The notes under the pieces are model-generated. The model had not been told where the DNA came from. It made no database searches and saw nothing but the letters and a program-made list of their open reading frames with translations. Positions 36,481-48,739 of a stretch of 64,000 nucleotides of DNA are shown piece by piece (the stretch's first letter is position 1; the number at the start of each line of letters is the position of its first letter). The translations under genes were made by a program, and so were the position numbers. This DNA comes from Octopus bimaculoides. Lineage: Eukaryota. The stretch covers positions 43,497,445-43,561,444 of the forward strand of contig NC_068995.1 of the NCBI RefSeq assembly GCF_001194135.2, given 5' to 3'.

Positions 36481-37852
36481 TAAGCCATAATTGTTTCCTT
36501 TCTCATCTTCTTTCTTTATTACACTAATTCAGTTTAAACTACTCCGTCTCTGGATGCAGGGAAAACGTAATCCAACTATATTTGCTTTGGTGCCGTGGCT
36601 TTGTGAATTTATTTAAATGTTCTTTCTTTTTATTCGTTTACTTCACAGCCTCTTCCATTTGCTTCATTTCTAATTTATTATATTGAAGCTGTAGTTTATA
36701 TCTGGAATGACTCGCGTATGTATTGTTTTAGCTTTAGGACTGAGTTAATTTTTTTCTTCGTCTCCTATCTCCACTTACCGAATCAATTAAGGTTTATTTT
36801 GTAGTCTTTTTTGTTTTGTTCATTTTTTTTTTGGCATATTTTCGCCTTAAAACTTTAGAATTAACATGAAAACTAATATTACTAAATTCCAAGCTAAAGA
36901 TTCACTTACTGTAGGTCGAGCCATCATTAATGCTCCTTTCAACTTTACATCTGCTCAGCAGTCTCAAATCACAGCATACAAAAATTGTCACGTAAGACAT
37001 TTTGAACTTTCATATAAGGGGAGCCAAATAGATTGTGATCAGTTTGTCACACCGATTTGGTAATGAGGTTGAAAGCATTTAATATTTGTTTACAACAATA
37101 AAATAAGCTACGAAAATGAACGACGGAGAACAAATGCGTCTAAAATTATGAACAGCAGCGATTTTCTTCTAAGATAAATAGTTTGAATCAGCAGGAAAAA
37201 ATCTCGTACGCAATTAGTAAAAACATTCGATTGCAAAGATCTTATCGAAAAAAAATTACATAAAGTAAATAGAAAGTCAACTGATTTAGAAATGCTAATT
37301 TTAAATGTTATGACACCAGTATAAGTTCCATTTATACAAGAAGAGTAATTCTAATGAAATGCATTATTCAATTAAGTGAGAAGACAAATGAAAACAGGTA
37401 TTTGAGATAAAATAAACGTACAAAAGTACTCTGTTAATTGAAAAGATAAACAAGAGATTATTGAGTGCCGATCATATAGTACATTGTTGTAACCAGAGGC
37501 AGCACTGTACACTTGAAGAATATTCAGATGACTTATCATTCTCTTTCTCACAAATGAAATCCTAAAGTTCAATTGTCACAGAAAGATAAGGACTAAATCT
37601 TCAGAAATATTCCAACGGTTGATCACCATATACATATACGTACGAACATACAAACATGTATTCGTACAGGCGTACGTGTGTGCATGTGCGTGTTTATAAA
37701 CATTTGTATATGAAAGATTGATGTTTATGCAAGGGTAGGAAACGGAACTTGCTATAAACAGCAAACTACTTATTATCTCATAGATAACCTGTTTCAGGCA
37801 ATCTTCGCGCCTAAGATTCGAAAAGAGTGGGATGTGTCGAATGGTGATTACA

Positions 37853-38872
37853 GAGGTACGGTAGCTCAGCATGAAAAACTGACTCTGATTGTTTTGATAA
37901 GAAAATAACTCTTGAATTTGTTGGTGAGATCCAGGCCATGATTGACAACGTTCCCTCTATCAATCAGATACAACGCCGGGGACGTGAGAGTGTCTGAGTT
38001 TCGTACCATGTAGGTAATGCATGAGCACATTCGGTATTCTTCATACAAGATTAGAAAGGGCCAATTTTTAGCCCAAGTCATCAAGGACAAGTGGAAAGAC
38101 CGCGATACTAAGCTTTTAAACAAACTCAAGCATCTCCTCCAACCAAACACGCTTTGATTTTTCTCAGACTAGAAAAATTTCTGCCAGAATCATGTGATAA
38201 ACACACAGAACAACCGTTAGCTTGCCGTGTCCCCAAAACATGTACCGAGAGTGAAAGTGATAAAAACCAAACATCCAGTCAACATCATGGTGTTTGGAAT
38301 GATCGCTAGCGATGGCGAGGTTATGCTTCCATTCATTTTCCCACACGGCCTCAGACTCAACACGGAGGCCTACATCAAGTGCTTGGAGGAGCTAATGCTG
38401 TCTTGGCTCAAGAGAGTGGCTACTGGAAGCACTACGTCTAGCAATAGGACTCTGCACCATGCCACACACGCAGGAGAACCCAAACATGACTGTCAGACAA
38501 TTTCTGCGACCACATCACCCCTAACATCTGGCCACCTAACTCTCCAAATTGCAGCCCCCTTCATTATATTGTGTGGGAAGCAGTTGAGCGCGAGACCAGC
38601 AAAACTTCTTGTAACACCAAACATGAACTGATGTCAAGGATTACGGCAGCATTCACTAACTTAATCAAGGAGACTGTCCAGAGGAGTTGTAGGAGATTCT
38701 GAAGTCGTCTGGAGGACATGAATGAAGCTAATGGCGATTTTATTGAATAAATTTGCTCTTTAGTATTTCAAAGTATTTTATGTAATCTTGGCAAATATAT
38801 TTTTTATAATGAGATGCCAGTGTTATTTTCATTTTTGCGTAATTTAGACGACAATTTATTCACCGCACCCTG
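37853..38872 (+). mobile_element. maT (DD37D) Tc1/mariner transposon, 5'-truncated, dead
   Basis: FSD*KNFCQ...KTKHPVNIMVFGMIASDGEVMLPFIFPHGLRLNTEAYIKCLEE...DSAPCHT...WPPNSPNCSPLHYIVW...RLEDMNEANGDFIE*; 37 residues between the second D and the (mutated) third acidic position; right terminus ...TTCACCGCACCCTG. Confidence 0.93.
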
Positions 38873-38959
38873 AATGCAGATGCGCACATTCACACATTTT
38901 ATTTAGACTACATTATACGAGTCCCTCGTAATCATCCTTGTCTATACATCTTTATGAAC

Positions 38960-38982
38960 ACATGTATGTATGTATGTATCTA

Positions 38983-39013
<31 letters not shown>

Positions 39014-39183
39014 ATCTATCTATCTATCTATCTATATTTCTATATATCTATCTATCTATCTATCTATTTATCTATCTATCTATCCATCTATCTATGTATA
39101 CATACATACAAATATACATACATGTATGTATATATATATATACATGCATACATATATATATATACATGTATACATATATATCT

Positions 39184-39232
<49 letters not shown>
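38960..39232. repeat. Compound (ATCT)n/(TA)n microsatellite
   Basis: Visible in sequence, runs into a gap. Confidence 0.95.
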
Positions 39233-39460
39233 NNNNNNNNNNNNNNNNNNNNNNNNNNNNNNNNNNNNNNNNNNNNNNNNNNNNNNNNNNNNNNNNNNNN
39301 NNNNNNNNNNNNNNNNNNNNNNNNNNNNNNNNNNNNNNNNNNNNNNNNNNNNNNNNNNNNNNNNNNNNNNNNNNNNNNNNNNNNNNNNNNNNNNNNNNNN
39401 NNNNNNNNNNNNNNNNNNNNNNNNNNNNNNNNNNNNNNNNNNNNNNNNNNNNNNNNNNNN

Positions 39461-39504
<44 letters not shown>

Positions 39505-39539
39505 GCATATACATATGCTTGTCCATTTCTATACGCTTC

Positions 39540-39800
39540 AAGGCAGACATGCACAACCAGTCAGTAAAAGAAATCTTGACAGTAATCTTCAAAGGAGACA
39601 TATCAACCTCGACCTTTGCCAGTGAAGAAATTCATAAATCCTTTACATGTCAAACAAAGAGATTTCTGCACTTTCTGCACTGTTCAGAATCAGCAGACAA
39701 CAAAATACCTAGAGTGTAGCTTGAGTTACTCTGTCTTATATCAGTATATCTCACAAGACTGGAACGGTGATGATGTAACATTCACTAACACGATATACCC
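39540..39800 (+). mobile_element. Decayed RTE-like LINE C-terminal fragment
   Basis: DISTSTFASEEIHKS...KRFLHFLHCSESADNKIPRV...TLSYISISHKTG resembles the RTE end (NI.W...TNEE...RL.F.GH..R......P....Y.D....DTG). Confidence 0.45.
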
Positions 39801-40039
39801 CAAGCGAAAGGATTATAAACCGTGTGATTATAAGAGTTTTCAATATCAATATATTGCAGTAACTATTACGTAGATAATGTGGTTCTCTGTATTTAACCCT
39901 CATATTGCTACTACAACGGCACTTCAATTCCTGAATTAACTAGCTATTTCTAGCTCTGTCTAAGCTTACTCAAGTGACATTCACATGCTTCCCATTTTTA
40001 CGATACATACACACACATATTCACTTACACTGATGCATG

Positions 40040-40130
40040 TATGTATGTCATATTCAGTCTATTTCAAGATTTCTTGCCAATAGAGAAAGAACCGGTTTCT
40101 AAATTAGATCCAAGGTGCCTTCATTGGAAT
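40040..40130 (-). mobile_element. SINE-like 3' tail fragment with (CATA)n end (copy 1)
   Basis: TATTCAGTCTATTTCAAGATTTCTTGCCAATAGAGAAAGAACCGGTTTCTAA..TAGATCCAAGG; repeated at ~40455. Confidence 0.7.
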
Positions 40131-40454
40131 GTCAACATGAACAACATTGTATTTTTGTTTGTATGTATGTATGTATGTATGTATGCATGCATATGCAGAT
40201 CTGCATGCTTTATATAGGTACTCTCATGCATATTAGTTGCATATCGAGACATGTTGATATATATTTAAATGATAAACTTCTGGAAAGTTTTACAGATTTT
40301 TATATTTTTATATTTCCAGTGATGGATTGGATCTGGTTTTGAGAAGCCTAAGTTCTCAAGAGTAAAGCAGTGTGTTACATATCCGAGGGTCTCAATAATT
40401 ACAGGTACATGTATGAGTGAGAGAGAAATGCATGCCATCAAAGTAACACTGGTA

Positions 40455-40550
40455 GATGTATATGTCATTGTTCAGTTTTACTTTAAAATTTCTTGCCAAT
40501 AGAGAAAGAGTCGGTTTCTAACCTAGATTCAAGGCCCCTTCATACTAGAA
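40455..40550 (-). mobile_element. SINE-like 3' tail fragment (copy 2)
   Basis: TTCAGTTTTACTTTAAAATTTCTTGCCAATAGAGAAAGAGTCGGTTTCTAACCTAGATTCAAGG. Confidence 0.7.
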
Positions 40551-40799
40551 ATCATGTGGCCGTCGCCAGCACCACATAGTGGAATATCTGAAACCTAAGA
40601 TTAGATTTTCGCATGACACTGAGACGATGAATTTGTCCACTTAATAAATCGCCTAATTGACAATTTTGGAATTGATATCAGTATAAAGTAGAACCAAACT
40701 CAGAACAAATAGCATGAGTGTCATGAGAACAAACAAATGTTACAAATGCATTCGAGATAGAAACTAGACATAGGGCAACAGTACAAACTGCAGGAATCC

Positions 40800-41330
40800 G
40801 GTAATAATGGCACAGAAAAATGTCTTCACCATTCATAAAATAAAATCAAACTTGAAGAGATTAAAGCAGCACTATAAAGAGCAAATCAAGCACATGGGCG
40901 ATGTGACCTGGCACGATGTCTCACTGCGGGTATACAACTAAAGATGTAGACATTCCAAAATAGATGCTACAACAACATCATTGCCTTATCATACTTTGTT
41001 CACCTGCGAACGAAGAATTTTCTGAAACCATAGGCCGCGATGAAGCTTTCTCACAATGGCGAAAGAAAATTAGCTGAAATGGTTTGGTCATGTAACGAAA
41101 TCTATTGGATTTACAAAGATCATATTTCAAAGGACTCTACAGTGGTAAGGAAGGAAAGGTGGCCTGAGAAGAAAAAAAAGGTGGATAGATAACATCATGT
41201 ATCGGATAGAAAATTCATTATTGGAAACCAGATATCTGTACATATTATGCAACAACTGGAAATGGCTCGTGTACACTAAGAAACGACAGTACTCTGCTCT
41301 GGATCTATAACAAGATAAGGGCTCAAGTAA
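40800..41330 (+). mobile_element. RTE-clade LINE 3' fragment
   Basis: LKWFGHVTKSIGFTKIIFQRT...GK...KKRWIDNI matches the RTE C-terminal motif L.WFGHV.R...L.K.I.QG.V.G.R.RGR.KKRW.DNI. Confidence 0.75.
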
Positions 41331-42439
41331 GCATGCAAATACATGACTGTAGACTGTGTTTAGTAGTAAGGCACTAGTAGGACTAAAACTTTGCTACCAA
41401 TGGAGCCAACATCGATTTTTTTATCATCATCACGAAATATTGATATTAAAATACGTCTTAGATTTCAAATGTACAACTCGTTTTTGCCGGTTGAGTGACG
41501 TATATCAATGAAATTGAGAAAAGTCACTTTCTAATAAAACTCTCAGTTGATATAACTTGCGGGTGTTTCAACGAACGTGATCCCTGCTAAAATTATGTAC
41601 ATTGAGCAATGAGAATATGTAAAAGAACATTCTGAAACGTTTCCTAAATTAGTTTAGAATCCCATTCATACAACATTTATAACGCATTTGTTTACTGTAT
41701 TCTTTTATGTCTTTTCAAAGAAACTGTGAATGCAAGGAAGCTAAATAATCAGTAGATAAACAAAGACCCAAAAAAAAGATTTTCTTGGATATTTGTATGA
41801 AAACTGTACTATTTTAACCTTTCTCAGGCTATTAACATCGCAGGTGAAAGGTTCATAGCTGAAAACCTTAAATAGATGTTGTGTTATAATAAACAGTGAT
41901 CTATAGGTGCCTCGTTTCTGCGATCGTTAGGAAGAAAAATAAAAATTAAAAACGTAATGTAGAAGGAATTATATAATAGAAAAAAAATTATCTAAAATAT
42001 ATGAATATATAATGTTTTTGATGATGGAAAGATATTTAAAGAAATTAAAAAACCATATAATATATCGTTTGCATAAAACATTAACTTTACGTTGATACTG
42101 TTTTTAAACGTATACGGTTCTTTCGATAATACCCATCACAGATAGGTAGTGAAAAAGAGTGTGTTGTTGATTGAACTAATCGTAGTATTTTTTTCTGGCA
42201 TTCAAATTATTCATGTTAAAAGGACGAAGTTCAACATTTTGACTAACGAAATTTGTGAAGGAAAAACAAAATGGATGAAAAACAAAATGAGATGTCGCAG
42301 TGGGGTCGGTAGGGAAGTGTTGAAGCGAGGAATGAATATACGTGACATAAGTAGGATGTTGTTGTGGAATAAGATAACGAGATGAAGGCAGAAAGAAATA
42401 TTAATAAGTCGACGATGATCACAAATAGAAGAAAAGGAG

Positions 42440-42778
42440 GAGGACGACGACGACGACAAGAAGAAGAAGAAGAAGAAGAAGAAGAAGAAGAAGAAGAAGA
42501 AGAAGAAGAAGATGATGATGATGAGGATTACGATGACAATGATTATGACGACGATGATGATGATGATGATGACGATGATGATGAAGAAGAATTAAGAGAA
42601 CAGTGAAAAATCCATGAAAATCAAATGATAGAGGAGAAAAGAATAGAAGAGACTCATTGAGAAAGGAAACTGAATTATATCAGATGAGAAAGAACAAAGA
42701 TATAGGCAAAGAGACAGACAGACAGACAGACAGACACACACACAGACAGACAGGCAGGTAGGTAGGTAGGTAGGTAGG

Positions 42779-42850
<72 letters not shown>

Positions 42851-42855
42851 CAGAC

Positions 42856-42908
<53 letters not shown>

Positions 42909-43199
42909 CAATGATACATACATACGTACTTACATATATACATATATACATACACAGACACACAGACAAACCAACGGAGGGAGAGAGAGATAGAAAAGGA
43001 GAGAAGAGAGGAGGAAGAAAAAACAAGCAAACAAACATACAAAGGAAAAAGAAGGAAAGAAAAAGAAAGGGAAAGAAAGAAGAAATGAAATATGATGGAT
43101 TAGTGATTGGAGAAGGAAACGAAGGGAAAAAAATAAAGAATCAAGAGGAGGAAACAAAATGAAAATAAAGAGAAAATTGAAGAAATAAGAAAGCGAATA

Positions 43200-43255
<56 letters not shown>

Positions 43256-43256
43256 N
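42440..43256. repeat. Purine-rich compound microsatellite block (GAA)n,(GAT)n,(GACA)n,(GGTA)n,(GATA)n,(GAAA)n
   Basis: Visible in sequence. Confidence 0.95.
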
Positions 43257-43974
43257 NNNNNNNNNNNNNNNNNNNNNNNNNNNNNNNNNNNNNNNNNNNN
43301 NNNNNNNNNNNNNNNNNNNNNNNNNNNNNNNNNNNNNNNNNNNNNNNNNNNNNNNNNNNNNNNNNNNNNNNNNNNNNNNNNNNNNNNNNNNNNNNNNNNN
43401 NNNNNNNNNNNNNNNNNNNNNNNNNNNNNNNNNNNNNNNNNNNNNNNNNNNNNNNNNNNNNNNNNNNNNNNNNNNNNNNNNNNNNNNNNNNNNNNNNNNN
43501 NNNNNNNNNNNNNNNNNNNNNNNNNNNNNNNNNNNNNNNNNNNNNNNNNNNNNNNNNNNNNNNNNNNNNNNNNNNNNNNNNNNNNNNNNNNNNNNNNNNN
43601 NNNNNNNNNNNNNNNNNNNNNNNNNNNNNNNNNNNNNNNNNNNNNNNNNNNNNNNNNNNNNNNNNNNNNNNNNNNNNNNNNNNNNNNNNNNNNNNNNNNN
43701 NNNNNNNNNNNNNNNNNNNNNNNNNNNNNNNNNNNNNNNNNNNNNNNNNNNNNNNNNNNNNNNNNNNNNNNNNNNNNNNNNNNNNNNNNNNNNNNNNNNN
43801 NNNNNNNNNNNNNNNNNNNNNNNNNNNNNNNNNNNNNNNNNNNNNNNNNNNNNNNNNNNNNNNNNNNNNNNNNNNNNNNNNNNNNNNNNNNNNNNNNNNN
43901 NNNNNNNNNNNNNNNNNNNNNNNNNNNNNNNNNNNNNNNNNNNNNNNNNNNNNNNNNNNNNNNNNNNNNNNNNN

Positions 43975-44520
43975 TGTGTGTGTACATGTGTGTATTCGTG
44001 TGCTTGTGCGTGTGTGTGTAAATATGTGCATGCGTGTGTGCAAATGTGTGTTTGCGTGTGTGGATGTGGGTGTATGTGTTAGTGTGTGTTTGTGTATGTA
44101 TGCGTGTGTTGGTGTGTGTGCACGTGTGCCTGTGTGTGTACATGTGTGTGTACATGTGTGTATTCGTGTGCTTGTGCGTGTGTGTGTAAATGGGTGCTTG
44201 TGTGAGAATGTGGGGCATGTGCGTATATGTATGAGTGTGTTTGTGTATGGAAGTCTGTGTATGTATGCCGGTAAGTGTGTGTGTATGTGTGAGTATCCTT
44301 GTGTGTGCGTGTATGTAAATGTGTGCTTGCCTGTATAGATGTCGGTGCATGTGTTTGTGTGTCCGTGTGTGTGTTTGTACATTTCTGTGAGCTGATGTGT
44401 GCCTGAATGCCTGTGCGTGTGTGTCTGTCCGTCTGTGTGTGCGCTTCAGGATGTGTGCGTCGGCGTGAGTGTCAAGTTGTGTGGGAATGTCTACGTGTGT
44501 GTGTGTGTGTGTGTGTGTCA
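43975..44520. repeat. Degenerate (GT)n array with a ~48 bp higher-order repeat
   Basis: TGTGTGTACATGTGTGTATTCGTGTGCTTGTGCGTGTGTGTGTAAAT at ~43977 and ~44145. Confidence 0.85.
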
Positions 44521-44777
44521 GTGTCTGAAAAATATATGAACGATCAATATTATTTGTATTGTATGAGATGGGTGGGCAAGAGAGTTATAAATTCGCAGTA
44601 ATTGAGAAAGGGGGATACAGACGGAGAGGAAGAGGAGAGAGAATGAGAAGGTGAGCATCAGAGAGATTTATAGTTTGACTATGAATACATACATACATTC
44701 ATACATACATACATACAGACAGACAGACAGACAGACATGCATGCACCGGCTAGCGCGTGCACACAGACAAACAAGTT

Positions 44778-44814
<37 letters not shown>

Positions 44815-44819
<5 letters not shown>

Positions 44820-44835
44820 GTAACAAATAGTAAAA

Positions 44836-44877
<42 letters not shown>

Positions 44878-44900
44878 ACTTTTACTATTTGTTAAGGTTT
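44815..44900. repeat. 86 bp foldback: 28 bp inverted arms around (TA)n
   Basis: AAACCGTAACAAATAGTAAAAGTGTGCA...(TA)n...TGCGCACTTTTACTATTTGTTAAGGTTT, 2 mismatches. Confidence 0.9.
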
Positions 44901-45134
44901 TAAATTTTTAGCTCGAGGCCGCAGTCATGTTGGGACACCAGCGTTAGATTTTCAACAGTTTCATTACTTGAAGTCTTCTCCAATATGTGGCATTTGGTGA
45001 ATGAGAGAGTATCGTGCTGCCACCATCATTTGTGCTTCCTACCGTGAAGTAGTTTCGTCCAGACTCTTGACAGGAAGAGATCCAGTCTTTTTATGTGTAT
45101 ATATATATATATATATATATGGATATATATTCTT

Positions 45135-45505
45135 CTATAGTTTTATTCTTTTACGTGTTTCAGTCATTTTACTGCGGCTATGCTGGGGCATCGCCTTTCG
45201 TCAAACAAATCGACCACAGGACTTACTCTTTGTAAGCCTAGTATTTATTTTATCGTTCTCTTTTCTTGAACTGCTATTTTACGGGGACATGAACTCACCA
45301 ATACCGATTGTCAAGCGATAATGGGGAGAGAAACAGACGCACAAATACATATACACACACACACACACACACACATACGATGAGCTTCTTTCAGTTTCCA
45401 CCTACCAGATCGACTCAAAAGGCTTTGGTCGATCCGAAGCTATAATAGAAGACACTTGACCAAGGTGCCCCGCAGTGGGACTGAAACCGGAACCATGTGG
45501 TATTC
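45135..45505 (-). mobile_element. SINE family B, near full length
   Basis: Tail TTCTTTTACGTGTTTCAGTCATTTTACTGCGGCTATGCTGG, internal (CA)n, head ...AGACACTTGACCAAGGTGCCCCGCAGTGGGACTGAAACCGGAACCATGTGG; minus-strand GGCACCTTGGTCAAGTGTCTT resembles the CORE-SINE domain motif. Confidence 0.92.
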
Positions 45506-45571
45506 AAGTTACGTATGAGTGAATTGGATGCTTTACACCCCATTGAAGGAATTTTTTCCATCGTTTCTTAA

Positions 45572-45612
<41 letters not shown>

Positions 45613-45705
45613 ATACAGAAATAAATTTATTTCTCAAACGTGTGATAATGCTATAAATAGCAAGATCAGGATAAATTATCCATTTATCGCAGAAAAATAC
45701 GTTAC

Positions 45706-45779
45706 TGGCCAGCCATGAGACTCCAACTCACATGCCTGTGATTACGCGTCAAGTGTTTTACCATTAATCTAAACTGCCC
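45706..45779 (-). pseudogene. tRNA-like remnant (tRNA pseudogene or SINE head)
   Basis: Minus GGGCAGTTTAGATTAATGGTAAAACAC...GTGAGTTGGAGTCTCATGGCTGGCCA: A-box-like TAGATTAATGG, 5 bp T-arm GTGAG/CTCAT, partial acceptor stem; anticodon arm does not pair. Confidence 0.55.
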
Positions 45780-45816
45780 AGCAACGAATTCTTTTGCAAT
45801 TTTAGAACAATAACTG

Positions 45817-46386
45817 TTTATTGACAGGTGCTTCGTACAAGAGGTTTATTTTCAGTAACCATCTTCACAGCAGTGCGTAGTTATCCTTCTCTCCCATGCA
45901 CAAAGAAGCTAGCGCCAATTTGAAACAGCGAGATCTCACCTGCAACTACCATACGCGAGATAAAAACGAGATCTCGCTTGCAACCATTATTTAAGGAAAA
46001 GACAACATTTTCCCTCCCGTTTTTCTCACGCTGACGCCGAGGAAGACTTCGAAACCAGGAGCTCACAGCGAACTTTTGTCCCGCTGTGATATTACATGCA
46101 TTGTCTCCAGAGGTTATTGAAACTCACGTGTATAGGAGAGACGGTTAACTACGCACTTCTATGAAGGAGGTTATTAAAAGCAAACTCCTTGTACGAAGCA
46201 CCAGTGAAAAGAACGGTTGTTGAATTTACTCGGCCTGAGAACTTCGTTCTTCGTATTTCCAGCTCCTTGAATCAACAGAATAATTGTAATGGAAGAAGAT
46301 ACCCCAAAAGTATCATAAAATACTTCTTTCCATTATGTGTCGAGGTACAAAGAGGCCAGCGCCATTTTGAAGCACCTGTGAATAAA
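45817..46386. mobile_element. MITE-like element with long inverted arms and a second outer terminus
   Basis: 45817-45894 vs reverse complement of 46135-46211 (GGTGCTTCGTACAAG...AGTGCGTAGTTA.CC.TCTCTCC); GAAGCACCTGTGAATAAA at 46369-46386 also complements 45817-45834. Confidence 0.75.
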
Positions 46387-46400
46387 TGGTNNNNNNNNNN

Positions 46401-46433
<33 letters not shown>

Positions 46434-46639
46434 AAACACGAAAGAATGAAAATTGGAGAATTATACATATTTCAACAGCTTATACGCGTTTTGCATTCAT
46501 TGGGATTGCACAATTCCGAGACTTATCAATCAGGCATTTTGATCTATCAATATCTATTTGTGTAAAATTTTACAATGATCGAGAAATTAACACCATTTAT
46601 ATCCGTCTCAAAATTTTGTCACACTGCTTGCAATGGAGA

Positions 46640-47250
46640 ACAGAGAAAAATTTAATGTAGACATGTTGTACTAACTTTAAACATTTCTGTCCAAAACTTG
46701 GGATAGGTACCTGCAGACCTACGTAAGAATTTTGATGTTAAAGTAGCATTGAAATAGGATATGGCATATATTTCTACGTTGCTAAGCTGTTATTGACATC
46801 AAGAAGTGTAGCTAAAACTGTTCATAAGATGTATTTTTGAGGTCTCTAAAGAATATTACTTAATCTGCATCAATTTTAAATAGAGGCTTGCTGTGGAGGA
46901 CAGTGTACTTAGTGAGAATCCTAAAAGCGATTATCAGTACATTTATTAATTAGGGATACATTTTATGTCGAATAGATTGTTTTTCTTAGTGGAATAGATG
47001 TTTAAAATTTAAAATTTAAGATAATTGCATTATAGTTAAGATAACCTAAGGTAGAAATAGAATTAAATTAAATAAAGTAAATAAAGCAAGGCAAATTAAT
47101 ATCAATTAAAAATTGATAAAGATTAAAAATTAACAGAGAATTATTAACTAATTTCAATTAATTAAATGATATCTTAAAAGTAATTTAAAAAAACTTAAAT
47201 CATCTACTTGTAGAGTTTTGAGATTTAAACATTAATAACAGTAATGAAAA
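46640..47250 (+). repeat. Unclassified AT-rich repeat, left arm of an inverted pair, (AAT)n-tailed
   Basis: Shares GCTGTTCATAAGAT, TTAGTGAGAATCC, TTTAAAATTT.AAA.TTAAGATAATTGCA, TAG..TTTG.GATTTAAA with the reverse complement of 48075-48665. Confidence 0.75.
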
Positions 47251-47265
47251 CAACAACATAGTAAC

Positions 47266-47352
<87 letters not shown>

Positions 47353-47414
47353 AACTAATAATGATAATAAATGCCCTGATGCAGTAACACCTCATTATTG
47401 TTATTATTATTACT

Positions 47415-47975
47415 GAGTGAGAGAGCAGTGCATGCCATCAAAGTGACACTGGGGTAAAATATACGAAGCCCAGTACACCCATCATGACTACCCGTCTGAT
47501 AAGGGTACACCAGGCACATACATCACGGCCATATGTGCACGACATGGTGATCTCATATCAAAATAAACAGCGTATGACTTTGCCGGTGGGGCCCTGTTAG
47601 AATTTTCTTCCCGTTGAGTAGTCCATCCCATTCAAAAGGTCTCTGAATAATGTTTGTTTAAGGATGTTGAACGAAACATCCATGTTTCCAAAGGTGAATT
47701 ATCGAAACCCAAAAGAATTTCTCTCGGTACATAGCTATGATGTTCCCCTGCTACTTCTGCTTGTGATCAGAGATGCACATATCGTCAGCCACTAATGCCA
47801 CTAATGGATATGATCAACTGGTTATGGTCAATCAAAAAATTTTCGGTATGGAGCAGAATATTTGCTGTAGGCCATCTTTTATACCAACACAAAACAACGA
47901 ACATGATAACACTTTCAATCAATTAAGATCAGAAGTCATGAGAATCACTGCCTGGAACTACTTCACGGCGTTTAT
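47415..47975 (-). mobile_element. Unclassified ~560 bp interspersed repeat with (AAT)n tail
   Basis: Non-coding, GC-richer block bounded by trinucleotide runs; its end GAGTGAGAGAG..GCATGCCATCAAAGT.ACACTGG recurs at 40414-40452, and an inverted stub of the other end lies at 47366-47386. Confidence 0.7.
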
Positions 47976-48025
47976 CATCATTATTATTATTGTTGTTGCT
48001 GTTGTTGCTATTGTTGTCGTTGTTG

Positions 48026-48074
<49 letters not shown>

Positions 48075-48081
<7 letters not shown>

Positions 48082-48665
48082 TAAATCCCAAAACTATATA
48101 ATTAAATTATAAAATTATACCTTCAATTATCTGATTATTTTTATATTACTTTTTAATTTATTTTAATTTAGCTTTATTTATTCATTATATTTTTATTTGC
48201 GAATTATTTTAAACTAATTTTGATGTAATCCTTTTGTTTACTTTAGTTTATATTAACCATATTGCAATTATCTTAATTTTAAAATTTTAAATATTGATTC
48301 CTCTAAGACAAACAACCTCTTCTAAATAGAATATATTCCATTTTAATTATTATACTGGTTATTTCTTTGTTACTTACTATACTGATTATTTCCTTTGGGA
48401 TTCTCACTAACACGTCTTCCACCTAAAGACAATTAATACTGACCAAGTGATATTCCATATCTTATGAACAGCCGTAGCTATATTTGCCAGCTCTCTATAT
48501 TTGTTGAGATCAATAACAGTTTAAACCCGGTAAGGATATTTGCGAGAATCGATTTCATTGATGCCTTGACCATACAATACATAACTTGTGCACATATCTA
48601 TCCCTTCTTTAAGCCCAAAATTTTAAAGTTTACGGCTATAGATCTCCCTTAAATTGTACTCCCTG
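48075..48665 (-). repeat. Unclassified AT-rich repeat, right arm of the inverted pair
   Basis: See 46640-47250; collinear in reverse complement over ~600 bp. Confidence 0.75.
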
Positions 48666-48739
48666 CAGTAATTTTAAAATATATATATAACTATGGATGA
48701 AACATACGGCGGTAATTTGGGATTGGCTGTGATTAGTAA

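Noticed and set aside
46980-47240. Possible mitochondrial insertion (very AT-rich)
   Set aside because: No recognisable mt rRNA/tRNA/CDS motif; explained as the arm of the local inverted repeat.
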